This document shows positions 48,840-61,587 of a DNA stretch of 64,000 nt, piece by piece. The DNA comes from Octopus vulgaris. Lineage: Eukaryota. The first letter of the stretch is position 1. Every line of letters starts with the position of its first letter. The notes under the pieces are model-generated. The model was not told where the DNA came from, searched no databases, and saw nothing but the letters and a program-made list of their open reading frames with translations. A program made the translations under genes and the position numbers. The DNA lies in the NCBI GenBank assembly GCA_951406725.2, contig OX597818.1, positions 56,544,001-56,608,000 of the forward strand. The letters run 5' to 3'.

Positions 48840-49185
48840 ACCTCCTCTGATATGTGGCATTTCGTAAATGAGGGAGTTTGATGCTGCTGTCCACGTCTGT
48901 GTGTTCCTGCCGTGAGGTAGGCTCATCAGGAACTCTTGACAGGAGATTGAGTTTTGTCCTGAAGACACCTACAGCCATCCCATGCAGGTGTCTCAGGCAT
49001 TTTTTGGGGAAGATATTGACGAGCTGTGGGCCCTAGAAACTAAAGCTATTGCAGTATCTGGTCCTGTACCTTGATGTGATGTTGGGATCTTTGTCATTAG
49101 GCATTGATGTCCTGTACTGTTGTTTGTGTAATTTTCTATGACCCAGGATTTTCCAGATCCTTCTAAGATCTTTCCTGCCTTCATT
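48840..49185 (-). mobile_element. CR1-type LINE ORF2 C-terminal remnant
   Basis: Frameshifted translation KILEG...RTRYCNSFSF*GPQLVNIFP...VFRTKL..VPDEP..AASNSL, typical of invertebrate CR1-group ORF2 ends. Confidence 0.65.
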
Positions 49186-49519
49186 CTATGAAGCAGAGTC
49201 TTAACCTCTTTCTTTTTATTTTTAAAGTTTGGCACTCATTCTATTGGCCCCTTTTGCTGAACCGCTAAGTTATCAAATGTAAACAAACTAACACTGGTTG
49301 TCAACTAGTGAGACAAACATGAAAACGTAAATGCACCCCCACCACATACACATGGGCTTCCATACTGTTTCCATCTACTAAATTCATTCATTCCCAAGGC
49401 ATTGGTCAGCTCAGGGCTATAGTAGAAGACACTTGCTCTAGGTGCCATGCAGTAGATTTGAACCCCAAACTGCTGGTTGCAAAGCAAACTTCTTAACCAC
49501 ATAGCCATCTTTACTTTCT

Positions 49520-49941
49520 CTTTTACTCTTACTTGTTTCAGTCATTTGACTGTGACCATGCTGGAGCACCACTTTTAGTCGAGCAAATCAACTCCAGGAC
49601 TTATTTTTGGAAGCCTAGTACTTATTCTATCGGTCTCTTTTGCCGAACTGCTAAGTTACAGGGACGTAAACACACCAGCATCGGTTGTCAAGTGATGTTG
49701 GGGGGGGACAAACATAGACACAGAAACATATACACACACATACATACTTACATATATATATATACATACACACACACACGACGGGCTTCTTTCAGTTTCC
49801 ATCTACCAAATCCACTAACAAGGTTTTGGTCGGCCCGATGCTATAGCAGAAAACACTTGCCCAAGGTGCCACGCAGTGGGACTGAACTCGGAACCATGTG
49901 GTTCGTAAGCAAGCTACTTACCACACAGCCACTCCTACGCC
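49520..49941 (-). mobile_element. SINE family A
   Basis: Matches the family consensus. Confidence 0.85.
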
Positions 49942-50291
49942 TTGCAAACATTTCTTAAACAAAATTTTAGCAGCTTTCTTGCTAATTCTATAAATAAATA
50001 CCCAATGGTATTTCCCAGTTCCTTTTATTACCGTTTCGTACGGTGGCTATTTGTGTGAAGTAGGTTTTAAGAAGTAATTAGTTTTTTTTCAGCTTAAAGC
50101 TAAATTGGGATTTGGCTAGAGTTAGAAACTGGCTCTAGATGTTAAAGGAATCAATAGCTTTCCAATACTATTGAACTTATTGATTTTTGTTTTATTTGGT
50201 TTGTATTGATTTACAAATTTCTTGCCGCCTACAATGCTCCTTCCAAGCACTATATTCCTGGCAGGAGAAACACAGTTTTCCATTCTATTAT

Positions 50292-50490
50292 ACTCTCTTT
50301 TACTCTTTTACATGTTTCAGTCATTTGACTGCGGCCATGCTGGAGCACCGCCTTTAGTCGAGCAACTCGACCCCCGGGACTTATTCTTTGTAAGCCCAGT
50401 ACTTATTCTTTCGGTCTGTTTTGCCGAACCGCTAAGTGACGGGGACGTAAACACACCAGCATCGGTTGTCAAGCAATGCTAGGGGGACAA

Positions 50491-50545
<55 letters not shown>

Positions 50546-50845
50546 TACGACAGGCTTCTTTCAGTTTCCGTCTACAAAATCCACTCACAAGGCATTGGTC
50601 GGCCCGGGGCTATCGCAGAAGACACTTACCCAAGATGCCACGCAGTGGGACTGAACCCGGAACCATGTGGTTGGTTAGCAAGCTACTTACCACACAGACA
50701 GGGCTTCCATCTACTAAATCCACTCACAAGGCTTTGGTCAGCCTGAGGCTATAGCAGAAGACACTTGCCCAAGATGCCACACAGTAGGACTGAACCCGGA
50801 ACCATGTGGTTGGTTAGCAAGCTACTTACCACACAGCCACTCCTA
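50292..50845 (-). mobile_element. SINE family A with a duplicated 5' half
   Basis: Head segment repeated at ~50550-50696 and ~50697-50845. Confidence 0.85.
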
Positions 50846-52138
50846 TTATATTTGGTCTATTTTAGTAATTACAAACTGCTGCTTGGAGTTGGTTTGAAAT
50901 GTTTTGACTGCCTTGACTAGCAGGTTACCTCCCTTTCCCACCACACACACACAGTCACATGTTTCCCTTCTACTGGAGAAATAACAGTTGATGATGCCAA
51001 GGGTGTTGGCTGTAAGTAAACAGGAATGTAACATCATCAAAATTGAGTACACAAGTATTTTTAGTGTGAAATTACTCTACCAGATTTCCTCAGTGGCATC
51101 CTAACCTACCATTATTGTTTCAGGCATTTCTTGTGTCAATTTTATCCTGTCTTTCCTCTCTGAAGTTTATTCTTATTCACTGTCATAATGGTATCGGTGG
51201 TGGTGATGGTGGCACTTGACTAGATTTTTATGCATTTATCTTCGCTGTGCAGTACCTTTGCACTCTTCACTATCATTGGCTCCCACCCACGGCACTTACT
51301 TAACTTTTTGGGAGTATTTCACCTTATCTAGAACATTCTAGCCACATACATTTTAAAGATAATATTTGAAGATATGACACCCTTCTCCTCACCTCACCCC
51401 ACACTCCTGCAATCTACCCAACCATATGTCCCCTCCCCCGTCTCCTGTCAACTGTATCTTCATAACTATTTTGTCTACCCCACTCACTTTTTGTTCCTGC
51501 ATTGCCAGTCATCTCCTACTCTCCCTCACTTTCCCTGACTCATGCATTATCTTTTACCCTGCACCATTTGTTATATCCACCCTACAACCCAACCCAACCC
51601 AACCCTTACAGTTGTCACCTACCTACCTACCCTCACCCATTCCCCATTTCTGACTTTTCCATACACCCTTACACCCTCCATCCACTTGCACTACTGGCCC
51701 CTCTGCCCCTTTCGCTGCTTCTCACCTCATACCTTAAGAGTCCACTCCTCCTCTTCTTCCTCTTCCTCCGCCTCTTCTTCTTCTGCCTCCTCCTCTCTTT
51801 CCACCTCCGTCTGATCACTCCCACCCTCGCTTCTAAAATGTGAATAGTTGTATAGTTCCTCTACAGCTAGAAGCCCCCTTCTGTCAGTCCCTTACCCCAT
51901 ACTTTGCCCCTCTTCATCTTCATAAATCTACCCCCCCCCAACCCACCGCCGCTCTGGGTTTGCAGTGTTGCAAGCTACATGATGACCTCCCTAGTACTGA
52001 TAGCACAAAAATAAATTAATAAATAAACCTAAAAAAAAAAAAAAAAGCACCCAGTACAACCTGTAAAGTGGTTGGCATTAGGAAAAAAAGTATCCAGCTG
52101 TAGAAACCAGCCTGATTATGTTTCTAAGTTCTTTATCC

Positions 52139-52427
52139 TAGGCGAGGGGTGTGGCTGTGTGGTACGAAGCTTGCTTCCCAACTACATGGTTCCAGGTTCA
52201 GTCCCACTGTGTGGCACCTTGAGCAAGAGTCTTCTACTACGGCCTCAGGCCTACCAAAGCCTTGTGAGTGGATTTGATAGATGGAAACTGAAAGAAGCCT
52301 GTCAGATGTGTGTGTGTGTGCGTGTGTCCCCATCCCATCACTTGACAACCAATGCTGATGCATTTATGTCACTGTAACTTAGCAGTTTGGCAAAAGAGAC
52401 CGATAGAATAAGTACTAGGCTTACAAT
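52139..52427 (+). mobile_element. SINE family A, 3'-truncated
   Basis: Inverted twin at 58710-58992. Confidence 0.8.
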
Positions 52428-53287
52428 GGTGGTGACGGTAGCCTGATGCAGTCAGCAGACCCATGAGATCCTGATAAATCTATCCAACCCATAACCTGTA
52501 CCAGCATGGTGCACTGAGATTAAATAATGTGGTTTATACGTTGTCTCTCTCTTATAGTTTCGTAAAGATCACTAAGCTATTTATCTCCATACTTTGGTCA
52601 TATTGATGAACCAGACTAGTTAAATGAGTTGTTGGCATCCTTTTTGTCTCGGGAGACAATGGAGTTGCGCATAAAGTAGTCTAGTCCGGCTTTTATATTT
52701 CATGTCCTGATACATTTCCTGCTGTGGCTGTGTAGTCCTCTCCTGGACAAACACTCCCTCTGGCAGGTACCGCAAATGTAGCGAAGACTGTTCCTGGCTC
52801 GTTGTAGTGCCATAGTTTCTTGTTGACCTCACTTCTTTTCTTTCCATTTCTCCTCTCTCTCTCTCTGTCACTCCTTTGTATTCCCTCTTTTACGGTACGT
52901 CACCAGTCTCCACGGTTGCCGGCAACTGCCTCCCAACCGTTAATATTGATGTTAAATGAGTTAGGAAATACAATACATTGGAATGGAATTCTTTGCAAAG
53001 ATCAAAGAACTGTCAATTGTAGATTAGAGATTGTAATTAAGATAGTGTCAGTTAAATATAAAATAGCTCGTTATTTTTGTTTGTTTGCATATTGGCCGTG
53101 AGTAGATTTATAGAGATTAGTTTTCTAATGTCCATTAATATGATTGTTTTTTTTTCTTGTAATTAATCTCTTTCGTAATGTTAAGTTGCTTTGGGTAAGT
53201 TTGTTAATCACTTTACGTGTGAACATAGAATTAAACATATGCTTCACCTTGTTGTGTAAGTAAGACTCTGTGGTTAAACTATATAGG

Positions 53288-53637
53288 ACTCTCTTTTACT
53301 CTTTTACTTGTTTCAGTCATTTGACTGCGGCCATGCTGGAGCACTGCCTTTAGTCAGCCAAATCGACCCCCCCAGGACTTATTCTTTGTAAGCCTAGTAC
53401 TTATTCTATCGGTCTCTTTTGCTGAACCGCTAAGTTACGGGCACGTAAACATACCGGCATCAGTTGTTAAGCGATGTTGGGGGTGGGGACAGACGCACAC
53501 ATACATATATATATATATATGACTGTGATCACCATGACCGACAAGGCCATCAGATGTTGCTACATATCGCTGGTCACAATGCGCTTCGCACTGTTTTAAC
53601 CTTCAAATGACGCCACCCCACAGGCTAAGCGAGCAGG

Positions 53638-53696
<59 letters not shown>

Positions 53697-53860
53697 CAAG
53701 GCTTCTTTCAGTTTCCGTCTACCAAATCCACTCACAAAGATTTGGTCAGCCCGAGGCTATAGTAGAAGACACTTGCCCAAGGTGCCATGCAGTGGGAATG
53801 AACCCTGAACCATGTGGTTCGTAAGCAAGCTATTTACCACACAGCCACTCTTACGCCTAT
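53288..53860 (-). mobile_element. SINE family A with a family C 3' module (53521-53640) in its TA tract
   Basis: Insert matches the reverse complement of 4027-4135. Confidence 0.8.
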
Positions 53861-54839
53861 GAGCCACTCCACTGAATGAAAGGAAGAATAACTTGAGTTT
53901 CACCTGGTCATTGCCAACTCATCCGGAGTTTACTTCATCAGATCTAGAGAGAGTGACTGCTTTTGTTAATTTCCATATCTCTATACGCATTGATCTCCTG
54001 AATTAAATATTTATGTAGGCTTGGCTGTTGTGTCCTTTTCTTAAACCATGTGTCTTCAGTTTTTGGTCCTACCATATGGCGTTTTGGGTTAGTGTCTTCA
54101 ACTATAAGGCCTGCCCCAACCAATGCCTTTTCAGAGAACTTCTAAGATGAAAATCAAAAGAAATCCACTCCCCTGTGTGTGCATATGAAAGTGTGTGTGT
54201 GTGTGTGTGTTTATGTGCACGTGCATGCATGGTGTGCACGTGGTGTATGCACGAGTGGATAAGTGGATGTTTACAAAACTATGCTGAGCTGTGTGTATGT
54301 GTGTAGGTGGTAACATCAACATCTGCAACTCCGCCACAAACTAGGATTGGCCTGCAACTGGTGGATCTTGTTGATATTTCCTGTCAACAAATTATCCATT
54401 AACTTCACATTTCTGAATTCCTCTAGGAATAAAACCCTTCACTGAAAAACATAAATAAATAAATGTTGGTGACATGGAGTGCGTCTGGTTGTAAATAATC
54501 TTGAAAAATCTGCCTCAATTCTGTCTGATCCATGCAAACATTTGAAGACTAAACATTAAATAATGTTCATCGCAGCATTAAATACTTTTGTTTATAATTC
54601 ATTCCGTCTAACGCATCAATCTAAACATAAATGCTATTGGTAAGCCTGCATCTGAAGTGTTCTGTTAGGCAAGTTAATCTTAAATGAATTACGACACATG
54701 ATACTCTTGACTGTGGTAATGATCATCTTGTCTCCGCTTCTCCTTTCATTTTCTAGAGGTCAGGTGCAGTTGTAAATTTTAATGTTTTGTTATTTGATGA
54801 ATTTATAGTCTGAAAGGAGTTTTGTAAAAATACTGTAAA

Positions 54840-55552
54840 GATACAGAGGCAATAGCGAAAGACGGAGGCCTCTGGAGATATGTTGTGACTGAGAAGACCC
54901 AGCAAATAAAGTGAGATCATAGCTGTCGCCTACGCCAGTGTTGCATAACGAGCCAACTCAAAAAGTATCTTTGGATTGTAGGGCGACATGCCGTGCTTGA
55001 GGAGACCTACTGAGTCGAGTACGTGAACATCAAAATCGAATCATGCCACAATCAAATGGAAATTGTAGTTGTGGCTGATGCCAGCACTGCCTGTCTGGTT
55101 CCCCGTGCTGGTGGCAAGTAAAAATCACCATCCAAACGTGGTTGATGCCAGCCCCCTCGCCCCATCTGGCCCCTGTGCTTGTGGCACGTAAAAAGCACCA
55201 TCCAAATGTGGCTAAAGCCAGTACCGCCTTGACTGGCTCCTGCACTGGTGGCATGTAAAATCACCATCCAAACATGGTTGATGCCAGCCCCTCTCTGGCT
55301 CCCGTACCAGTGGCACATAAAAGCACCATCCAAACGTGGTTGATGCCAGCCCCCTCTGGGACCAGTGCTGGTGGCAAGTAAAAAGCACCCACTACCCTCT
55401 CGGAGTGGTTGGTGTTAGGAAGGGCATCCAGCTGCAGAAACACTGCCAGATCAGACTGGGCCTGGTGCAGCCTCCTGGCTTCCCAGACCCCCAGTCGAAC
55501 CGTCCAACCCATGCCAACATGGAAAATGGACATTAAACAATGATGATGATGA
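54840..55552 (+). mobile_element. RTE-type LINE 3' end: ORF terminus plus 3' UTR with ~60-bp repeats and (GAT)n tail
   Basis: TEAIAKDGGLWRYVVTEKTQQIK* resembles the RTE C-terminal A.DR..WR..V motif and runs directly into the repeated tail family. Confidence 0.65.
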
Positions 55553-55899
55553 CTTAAGCAGAGAGTAAGATAGATGCTTCCTTTTTTGCACTTTGAGATC
55601 TGAGATGCTCTCTTCTGAGGCTTGGTTTTAACCAGTGATGTAGTGCCAGGTTTTTAAAATTGACAATTCTCATTATCAGTATTCAAATGTTCACATTTCC
55701 ATTGTTGCTTCCAAATAAAGTAATAATTGCCCAGGACTAGACATGTTTTCATGGAAAAAAGGAAACAAAGTACATTGCTTGCTCTGTTGTGACACTTGTT
55801 TATAACTATCAGTCAAGAAGACAGCAACAGACACTCATTCACACACACCCTCATATTCTTTGTGTATGTGTGTGTGTGTGTGTATATATTACTCTTTAC

Positions 55900-56304
55900 T
55901 CTTTTTTTACTCCTTTAATTGTTTCAGTCATTTGACTGCGGCCATGCTGGAGCACCGCCTTTAGTCGAGCAAATCGACCCCGGGACTTATTCTTTGTAAG
56001 CCCAGTACTTATTCTATCGGTCTCTTTTGCCGAACCGCTAAGTAACAGGGACGTAAACACACCAGCATCGGTTGTCAAGCAATGCTAGGGGTACAAACAC
56101 AGACACACAAACATATACGCACACACTTATATATATATACGACAGGCTTCTTTCAGTATCCGTCTACCAAATCCACTCACAAGGCATTGGTCGGCCCGGG
56201 GCTATAGCAGAAGACACTTGCCCAAGATGCCACGCAGTGGGACTGAACCCAGAACTATGTAGTTGGTTAGCAAGTTACTTACCACACAGCCACTCCTGCG
56301 CCTA
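55900..56304 (-). mobile_element. SINE family A, full length
   Basis: Matches the family consensus. Confidence 0.85.
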
Positions 56305-56308
56305 TATA

Positions 56309-56344
<36 letters not shown>

Positions 56345-56347
56345 AAG

Positions 56348-56654
56348 TGATAAACGTCGCCCTTCTCAAGCCTAGTCAGGCTCATGGGCCCGGTTTCTGT
56401 GGCGTATATGTTGCCCCCAGCTGAACGGGATGCCAGTCCATCACAGCGTTACTCAAGAAACAGGAAGAGAGAATGAGAGAAAGTTGTGGCGAAAGAGTAC
56501 AACAGGGGTCGTCACCACACCCTGCCGGAGCCTTGGGGAGCTTTTAGGTGTTTTCGCTCAATAAAAGCACACACAACGCCCAATCTGGGAATCGAAACCG
56601 TGATCCTCCGACTGCGAGTCTGCTGCCCTAACCACTGGGCCATTGCACCTCCAC
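56348..56654 (-). mobile_element. SINE family C with a V-domain-like 3' module
   Basis: Family C head, then ctgtgatggactggcatcccgttcag on the minus strand (V-SINE-like motif, recalled). Confidence 0.7.
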
Positions 56655-56661
56655 ACACACA

Positions 56662-56945
56662 TACATGGTCTGATCAATAAGAATCCAGACTGTTACCATA
56701 GTAATGATGCGAAAGCATGCAAGTGAAGCTGCTGGCACAGATTGACCTTCAACCCTGCACTAAGTTTTAACATTCTAGCTCACTTCCACTGTTGACAGCA
56801 GTACTTGGAAGGAAGGTGTGTAGCATGTGATTGTCATGTTGACTGTGACAGAGAAAGTTGAGCAAAAATTCTGCATCAAATTTTGCCAAAAGCTTGGCGA
56901 TACCTGCTTTGGAGGCCTATGCAAAGTTTTTTGAAAGTTTTCATT
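56662..56945 (+). mobile_element. mariner transposon 5' remnant
   Basis: TA-flanked terminus catggtctgatcaataag and peptide EKVEQKFCIKFCQKLGDTC, matching the mariner N-terminal EQRxCIKFCxKLG. Confidence 0.7.
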
Positions 56946-57010
56946 GTTCTCGACACAATCAAGATCTTGTGCAACTGAAACCCGAGTGTCTTTTTGGTGT
57001 CTATTGTCTT

Positions 57011-57328
57011 TTAACCCATAAAGCATGACAGGCCATGATCGTGGCTGTTAAGCACAGGTTGACAGGCCACAATCATGGCCCAGATAGATGCATTTAATTT
57101 ATGGGCATTTGTTGGGGTCTAATGTTACTCAAACGCTCTGATACCCCTCAGACTGCAAGAGGACTAATAGTTCAACTTTTCAGGTGTAAAATTTGCTACT
57201 ATTATATACTAAGAAGATATTTGAACTATTTTTTGTTTTTTATGTGTATATGGTAGTCTCATTTTCATAAAATGTGCTCAGCCGTCCATGCTTAATGTAA
57301 GTGCATATCCCAGGGCTTTATGGGTTAA
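57011..57328 (+). mobile_element. TTAA MITE, third family, intact
   Basis: TTAA-CCCATAAAGC...GCTTTATGGG-TTAA. Confidence 0.85.
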
Positions 57329-57692
57329 TTACCCTTATTCATTTCCAAAGTGTGACATATAATATGTTGTTGTTCTTCCATAGTAAACACTGGTTTGTTG
57401 TTCTTCCATACCATCAATTCATGGATGTTAAATTAAAGCTCTTCAGTTCTAGAAACAAAATTTCCATTGTTATCTCCCAGGCTGTTTTCCCCAACATTGT
57501 TATGGTCCGAGACAGGCTTTGCTGTACAGTATAGTCTTTTCCTTTCTTTTTCTTTTTTCCAAGTGTTTTTGGAACTGACTGTCCATTGTGTCCCCTCTTA
57601 CCCCCCACCCCACCCCACCAATGTTTCATTGTTTTATTTTATCAACTCTGGAAAGATAAAAGGCAAAATTGTCCTGGGCAGAATTTGAACTC

Positions 57693-57725
<33 letters not shown>

Positions 57726-57832
57726 GTTTAACGTCCGCGTAGCCAGAAGACTGCACCAGGCTCCAGTCTGATCTGGCAATGTTTCTACAGCTGGATGCCC
57801 TTCCTAATGCCAACCACTCCATGAGTGTAGTG

Positions 57833-58599
57833 GGTGCTTTTTATGTGCCACCGGCACAGGTGCCAGACGAGGCTGGCAATGGCCACAATCGGATGGTGCT
57901 TTTTACGTGCCACCGGCACAGAGCCCAGACGAGGCTGGCAATGGCCACAATCGGATGGTGCTTTTTACGTGCCACCGGCACAGAGCCCAGACGAGGCTGG
58001 CAATGGCCACAATCGGATGGTGCTTTTTACGTGCCACCGGCACAGAGCCCAGACGAGGCTGGCAATGGCCACGATCGGATGGTGCTTTTTACGTGCCACC
58101 GGCACAGAGCCCAGACGAGGCTGGCAATGGCCACAATCGGATGGTGCTTTTTACGTGCCACCGGCACAGAGCCCAGACGAGGCTGGCAATGGCCACAATC
58201 GGATGGTGCTTTTTACGTGCCACCGGCACAGAGCCCAGACGAGGCTGGCAATGGCCACGATCGGATGGTGCTTTTACGTGCCACCGGCACAGAGCCCAGA
58301 CGAGGCTGGCAATGGCCACAATCGGATGGTGCTTTTTACGTGCCACCGGCACAGAGCCCAGACGAGGCTGGCAATGGCCACAATCGGATGGTGCTTTTTA
58401 CGTGCCACCGGCACAGAGCCCAGACGAGGCTGGCAATGGCCACGATTGGATGGTGCTTTTTACGTGCCACCGGCACAGAGCCCAGACGAGGCTGGCAATG
58501 GCCACAATCGGATGGTGCTTTTTACGTGCCACCGGCACAGAGCCCAGACGAGGCTGGCAATGGCCACAATCGGATGGTGCTTTTTACGTGCCACCGGCA
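57833..58599. repeat. 62-bp GC-rich tandem repeat (about 12 copies) inside a minus-strand RTE 3' tail (57698-58600)
   Basis: Unit ggtgctttttacgtgccaccggcacagagcccagacgaggctggcaatggccacaatcggat. Confidence 0.95.
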
Positions 58600-58709
58600 T
58601 TAAATATTGCAAAGTATTTCATCCAACACTCTACCATTTTTGCCACTGCCCACCCTCTACAACCTCCTCCTCCTGCTCCTCCTCCTACTACCACCACCAC
58701 CACCACCAC

Positions 58710-58992
58710 CATTGTAAGCCTAGTACTTATTCTATCGGTCTCTTTTGCCAAACTGCTAAGTTACAGTGACGTAAATGGATCAGCATTGGTTGTCAAGTGA
58801 TGGGATGGGGACACATGCACACACATCTGACAGGCTTCTTTCAGTTTCCATCTATCAAATCCACTCACAAGGCTTTGGTAGGCCTGAGGCTGTAGTAGAA
58901 GACTCTTGCTCAAGGTGCCACACAGTGGGGCTGAACCTAGAACCATGTAGTTGGGAAGCAAGCTTCTTACCACACAGCCACACCTGCGCCTA
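58710..58992 (-). mobile_element. SINE family A, inverted twin of 52139-52427
   Basis: Shares diagnostic mutations and both flanks with that copy. Confidence 0.8.
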
Positions 58993-59098
58993 GGATAAAG
59001 AACTTAGAAAAATAATTTTATCATTATTTTTTGGAACATACATTAACAAGAAATTTTGGTGGAGGGTTTTAATTTAAGCCACTTTTAACCTTTTCGTT

Positions 59099-59317
59099 GC
59101 CAGAAACATTAGCACGCTGGGCGAAATGCATAGCCGTATTTCGTCTGCTGTTACGTTCTGAGTTCAAATTCCACCGAGGTCAACTTTGCCTTTCGTCCTT
59201 TCGGGGTTGATAAATAAAGTACCAGTTATGCACTGGGGTCGATATAATCGACTTAATCCATCTGTCTGTCCTTGTTTGTCCCCTCTATGTTTAGCCCCTT
59301 GTGGGCAATAAAGGAAT
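59099..59317 (+). mobile_element. Family B SINE
   Basis: Matches the family consensus. Confidence 0.8.
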
Positions 59318-59466
59318 ACAAAAATATTTCTGTGGAAGTAAATAAACGATCTTTATTTCACTTAATTTTGAAAATAATGAAGAATTTAGTTGATTAAATG
59401 TTATTATTAAGCTGGAGATTGAAACGCATATTAACCTGAAATTTTGATTGAAGGTTTTAATGTAAA

Positions 59467-59842
59467 CTAGCACTATGACCTGGCAACGCCGGGTCATAGT
59501 GCTAGTGCATACATATACAGCTGTGTGCATGCGCACATACATGCGAGTACTGTCCAAATTTCCGACCAATCACAAACAGCTAGCTGGCATTCAATTGGCG
59601 TATCAAGTTTCGGGCATTTTGATTGGGTTTTGGATCGAAAATTCACAAAAAAAGTCACTTCTATTGATTTTTTTAATGGCTTTGCGGGGTGATTGGGGAA
59701 ATGTAAAGATGTGCACGACCACCCTTGGACGGTTTTGAATGACCATAGAAAGTGCGAGCCCTCTAACTGAAAAATTGCGGATTTGTATACAGGACACACA
59801 CACAGACAGACAGACATTTTGCCGTTTATATATATATATAGA
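59467..59842 (-). mobile_element. Non-autonomous Helitron, third family
   Basis: Minus strand starts TCTATATATA and ends CTAG within a long hairpin actagcactatgacc-tggcaacgccg-ggtcatagtgctagt. Confidence 0.7.
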
Positions 59843-60433
59843 TTAGCGTAAAACAGGAAATTTGTTCACAAATCTTGTAGGGAATCTCAGACAAGTTCGT
59901 ACCAAAAGTGTTTGCCATTTACTCAAACCTGGCACTTCTACAATTCTGCTTTAAGTGATTTCATAATCAAACTTAGTTTATAATTACTTAAGTTTATGTA
60001 AATTAGGATTAAAATAATCTGCTGTGAAGAGCTGATAATCTGGCAAAACTATAGTCTAACCTTTGTAATACCAATCTGCCTCCGGCTCTAATACAAGATC
60101 TACCCGTCTTAAAATATTTGTGTTTAAATTGCAATCTTACATTATAATTGTATTTAAGACCCCTTTGTTCTGTTCCAGCTGCTAGATTAATTCTGTGTGT
60201 TTCGTGTGCGTGTGTGTTGAATCCTTCCAAAGTTTTAAAAGATTGATAAAATGTCTTAGAAATATTTGGTTGTGATCTTTTTACAATCTGAGTTCCTATC
60301 CTACTAACATCAGCTCTGCTTTTCATCTTTGGAAGATCCATAAAATGAGGTACCAGTAAAGTACGAAGTTTTTATATTTCTATTATGTATCGTAAATGCT
60401 AAAGGAATTTGTAAAAGAAAATTAAAATAAACA

Positions 60434-60593
60434 CAGGAGTGGCTGTGTGGTAAGAAGTTTGCTTCCCAACCACATGGTTCCGGGTTCAGTCCCACTGCAT
60501 GGCACCTTGGGCAAGTGTCTTTTACTATAGCCTCAGGCCGACCAAGCCTTGTGAGTGGATTTGGTAGATGGAAACTGAAAGAAGTCCGTTGTA

Positions 60594-60651
<58 letters not shown>

Positions 60652-60817
60652 ATATATAGGGATAGTTCACGAAAAAAACAAGACGAAGACAGATGGTGTA
60701 CAAAACAAACTGATGTATTAGTATAATGCTCAGGAATAGAAAAAGTCTGTTACATTTCGAGCCTACGCTCTTCTACAGATAGGTACACGCAAAAAAACAA
60801 GGAGAGAAAAAAAAAAA

Positions 60818-60859
<42 letters not shown>

Positions 60860-61018
60860 ATTTGTTATATATGTCTGTGTCTGTCCCCCCACCATAGCTT
60901 GACAACCGATGTTGGTGTGTTTACGTCTCCGTCACTTAGGATAAGTCCTGGGGTCAATTTGCTTGACTAAAGGTGGTGCTCCTGCATGGCCGCAGTCAAA
61001 TGACTGAAACAAGTATAA
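60434..61018 (+). mobile_element. SINE family A with a nested hammerhead-like element (60658-60815, minus strand)
   Basis: Insert matches 42786-42945 and sits in the SINE TA tract. Confidence 0.75.
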
Positions 61019-61587
61019 GAACAAAAGAACGCATTCTGTGCAAATTCTGCAAGAGTTAATAAACAGCAGTGAGTGAAATTTTCTAAATTGAATTATAAAC
61101 TTACATCATTTATATTAGCTACAGACAATAGTCTAATATTAGGGGGCATATAGTCCCCCAAAATGGAGAAAATGGGGCACTAGTACATGCCTTTTTTTTG
61201 TTTCCATTACTGGGGTTCATATGCTCTAATTTTTGACCATTTTCTACATTGAGTATACACGGCGAAGGCCTTTGATTCATTTTATAAAACACAAGCTGCG
61301 TTTTACTGAAAATATGGTTAGAGGATGGTTGCGGGTTCCTTTTTTTAGCCAGCCTAAATAGAATTAGTTAATTGAAATTATGACCCGTTAATGTTAGTCA
61401 TTAGCACATTTTCATTTGATATGTAATTTATAAATGAAAACCAGATTGTTATATGAAAGGTTTTTAATCTCGTATCTTCACAATGGAATATTTCACTTTA
61501 ACTAATCAGAAAAAAAAAAGAGAATTTTTTTTTATCTACTTCAGTTCCGTGTTGGCATGGCTATCGCAAAAATGTTTGATATTAGAT

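Noticed and set aside
52620-52950. Relatively GC-rich unique stretch with an 83-aa minus-strand ORF
   Set aside because: No recognisable domain, RNA motif or splice structure; cannot be supported from sequence alone.
54993-55022. Hairpin gtgcttgaggagacc...gagtcgagtac as a possible ribozyme
   Set aside because: Lacks the GAAA core and a cleavage-site stem.
57779-58800. 274-311 aa ORFs in three frames, and a CRISPR-like appearance
   Set aside because: Stop-free 62-bp tandem repeat with no unique spacers and no cas genes; eukaryotic context.
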